From positions 32,001 to 96,000 of the forward strand of contig CAWGIE010000033.1 of the NCBI GenBank assembly GCA_963822585.1: DNA of 64,000 nt, written 5' to 3'. The position numbers and the translations under genes were made by a program. The notes under the pieces were generated by a model. That model was not told the origin of the DNA and made no database searches. It worked only from the letters and a program-made list of their open reading frames with translations. Positions 62,132 through 64,000 of the stretch are shown here, piece after piece (within the stretch, counting starts at the first letter, position 1; each line of letters opens with the position of its first letter). The stretch is from an uncultured bacterium (GTDB taxonomy: Bacteria; Auribacterota; Erginobacteria; Erginobacterales; Erginobacteraceae).

Positions 62132-64000
62132 ATGAAATATCCATCCATCCCCGCGGCAGCGGCTCTTATGGTTTCTCTGATCATCCCCGATCATTCCGGG
62201 GCGGCAGTGGGAGATATCGTGAATACCATCTCCCGTTCCGGCCACGGCTGGTTCGGAGGCATCACCTGGTACAAGGGATATATTTACGAGGTGTCGGCGG
62301 CGACCGGTGCCGCCCGGATCGAGAAGAAGGATCCCGTCACCGGGTCTAAGGTGGCGGAATATTACACCCCCGTCGATATCACCTGCGACGGCTGGATCGA
62401 TGATATCGCCTACGACTCGCGCCGCGAATGCTTCTGGATCTCCGTGGGGGCGGCCGGGATCTATCAGTGCTCCCTGAAGGGGGGAGATACTCTCTCGCAC
62501 TTTTATCCCGGCAAACACCCCTACGGCCTCTATTACGAAGCCGCCACCGACCTGCTCTGGATTGCCGACAATGTCAATGGCCGGATTGACAAGTGGGACC
62601 TCAACTCCTTCCAACGGGTGGAGAGGATCTCCCTCGATTTCCTGCCCACCGGTATAACCCGGGTGGGGAATGACCTCTGGATCTGCGAAGCCGGCGATTA
62701 CGACGTCCGCGACCCGGCCGTCGTTTCCCGGTGCGATCTGCAGGGGAAACGGACCGGGGTATGGTTCGAACTGCCGAGCACCTCAGGCTACTGGTGGGAC
62801 CATGGCGGGTCCACCTTCGACGGAACCTATCTCTGGGTGAAGGGAGGGAAATACACCCGAATCTATCAGATCGATATCGGGGATAACCCGTCGCCGCGGC
62901 CCACGCCCGTGAGCGCCGACTCCTTCACCTACTCGATCGGCACCCTTTTCGATGACAACGCCTTCACGGACCTCATCGACACCGACAACGCGGTTTTCAA
63001 CCCGGAAGGAGCGATCGGCTATTGGTGCCCGACCGCGCGGACGGAGGAGACGGCGGGGAGCGTCGTCTACCGGATCGATCTCCCGGTCGTCATCGCCACC
63101 GCCTCTTTGACCGCCGCCGGGGCGGTCTTCTGGGGCGAGGGCGAGCTGACCGTCGAGGTCTCCCCCGACGGCGGATCCTATCACGAGGTCTACACGCTGC
63201 CCCGGGGCGGCGGCGACACCGTGAGCGATAACCAGGAGCGCGACATCACCGCTTACGTCGCCGGCAGCTCCACCGTCTACGTCCGGGCCCGGATGCGGGC
63301 CGGGAGCTCCTACTGCTCCCAGTTTCTCCGCAACGGCTCGACGGGAAGCCCGGTCCTCTCCCTCCGGGGATTGGCATCGCCCCCGGCGCCGGCGACAGCC
63401 TCCCGGCCGCCCCTGATCGAGTCGGGCGACTATGACGGCGACGGCGCCGCCGAGATCGCCGTTTTCCGGGAGAGCAGCGGGCTCTGGTCGATCCGGGGCG
63501 TCACCCGGGTTTATTTCGGCGCCGCGGGGGACATCCCCGTTTCCGGAGACTATAACGGCGACGGCACCGCCGAGATCGCCCTCTACCGCCCGGGGAACGG
63601 GCTGTGGGCGGTCAACGGGATCGGCCGCGCCTACTTCGGTGGGCCAAACGATCTTCCCCTCCCCGGGGACTACAACAACAATGGCCAGTGCGACCTCGCT
63701 ATATTCAGAGAGAACACCGGGCTCTGGGCGATCCGGGGCGTCACCCGCTTCTACTTCGGCGGATCCGGCGACCAGCCGGTTCCGGCGGACTATGACGAGC
63801 GACGGAGGGTGCGATATCGTCCTCTTCCGGGACGGACTCGGGCTCTGGGCGATCCGGGGTCACACCCGGATCTACTTCGGCAGTCCCGGCGACACCGCGG
63901 TCCCGGCGCAGTACTACCCCCGCGTCAACCGTTCGCTCTGCGCCGTCTTCCGATCCTCACCGGTCTCTGGTCGATCCGCGACGTCTCCCGTTTCTACTTC
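62132..64000 (+). CDS. Secreted protein 6 (partial): propeller, extra beta-sandwich domain, FG-GAP-like repeats
   Basis: Hand translation MKYPSIPAAAALMVSLIIPDHSGA-AVGDIV..GGITW..FDGTYLW..IYQIDIG..SGDYDGDGAAEIAVFRESSGLW. It runs off the window end (indel near 63797) and is absent from the ORF track. Confidence 0.82.
   Translation, partial: MKYPSIPAAAALMVSLIIPDHSGAAVGDIVNTISRSGHGWFGGITWYKGYIYEVSAATGAARIEKKDPVTGSKVAEYYTPVDITCDGWIDDIAYDSRRECFWISVGAAGIYQCSLKGGDTLSHFYPGKHPYGLYYEAATDLLWIADNVNGRIDKWDLNSFQRVERISLDFLPTGITRVGNDLWICEAGDYDVRDPAVVSRCDLQGKRTGVWFELPSTSGYWWDHGGSTFDGTYLWVKGGKYTRIYQIDIGDNPSPRPTPVSADSFTYSIGTLFDDNAFTDLIDTDNAVFNPEGAIGYWCPTARTEETAGSVVYRIDLPVVIATASLTAAGAVFWGEGELTVEVSPDGGSYHEVYTLPRGGGDTVSDNQERDITAYVAGSSTVYVRARMRAGSSYCSQFLRNGSTGSPVLSLRGLASPPAPATASRPPLIESGDYDGDGAAEIAVFRESSGLWSIRGVTRVYFGAAGDIPVSGDYNGDGTAEIALYRPGNGLWAVNGIGRAYFGGPNDLPLPGDYNNNGQCDLAIFRENTGLWAIRGVTRFYFGGSGDQPVPADYDERRRVRYRPLPGRTRALGDPGSHPDLLRQSRRHRGPGAVLPPRQPFALRRLPILTGLWSIRDVSRFYF

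Overview
GC-rich bacterial DNA with an anaerobic gene set. A Ca. Auribacterota/PVC-related origin is only my guess from the repeated 'GDYNGDG..IAIFR..SGLWA.RG.TR.YFG' module and was not tested. Left to right: a six-gene Ech-type (group 4) [NiFe]-hydrogenase operon (0.6-6.7 kb); a GT-C glycosyltransferase, an SGNH/TPR gene and a two-component pair; an archaeal-type GAPOR-like oxidoreductase; an AT-rich decayed integron cassette array with no integrase in the window, in which two attC sites are interrupted by a deleted IS1380 and a nested MITE; a RelE/XRE toxin-antitoxin pair; purH; a ~22-kb minus-strand envelope glycosylation locus (three paralogous large GT-C proteins, GT2, GT4, B12-radical SAM, acyltransferase, flippase-like fusion); and, transcribed divergently, six modular secreted proteins sharing FG-GAP-like C-terminal repeats. 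The most unusual signal is non-coding. Many intergenic gaps are filled with palindromes built from 6-9-nt tandem units (about ten families), often next to or between copies of a conserved ~30-bp site ending TTAGCGC-loop-GCGCTAA, and some repeats have entered coding sequence. Many genes carry single-base indels that look like long-read consensus errors, so split ORFs were rejoined and pseudogene calls are cautious. No rRNA, tRNA or CRISPR array was recognised.
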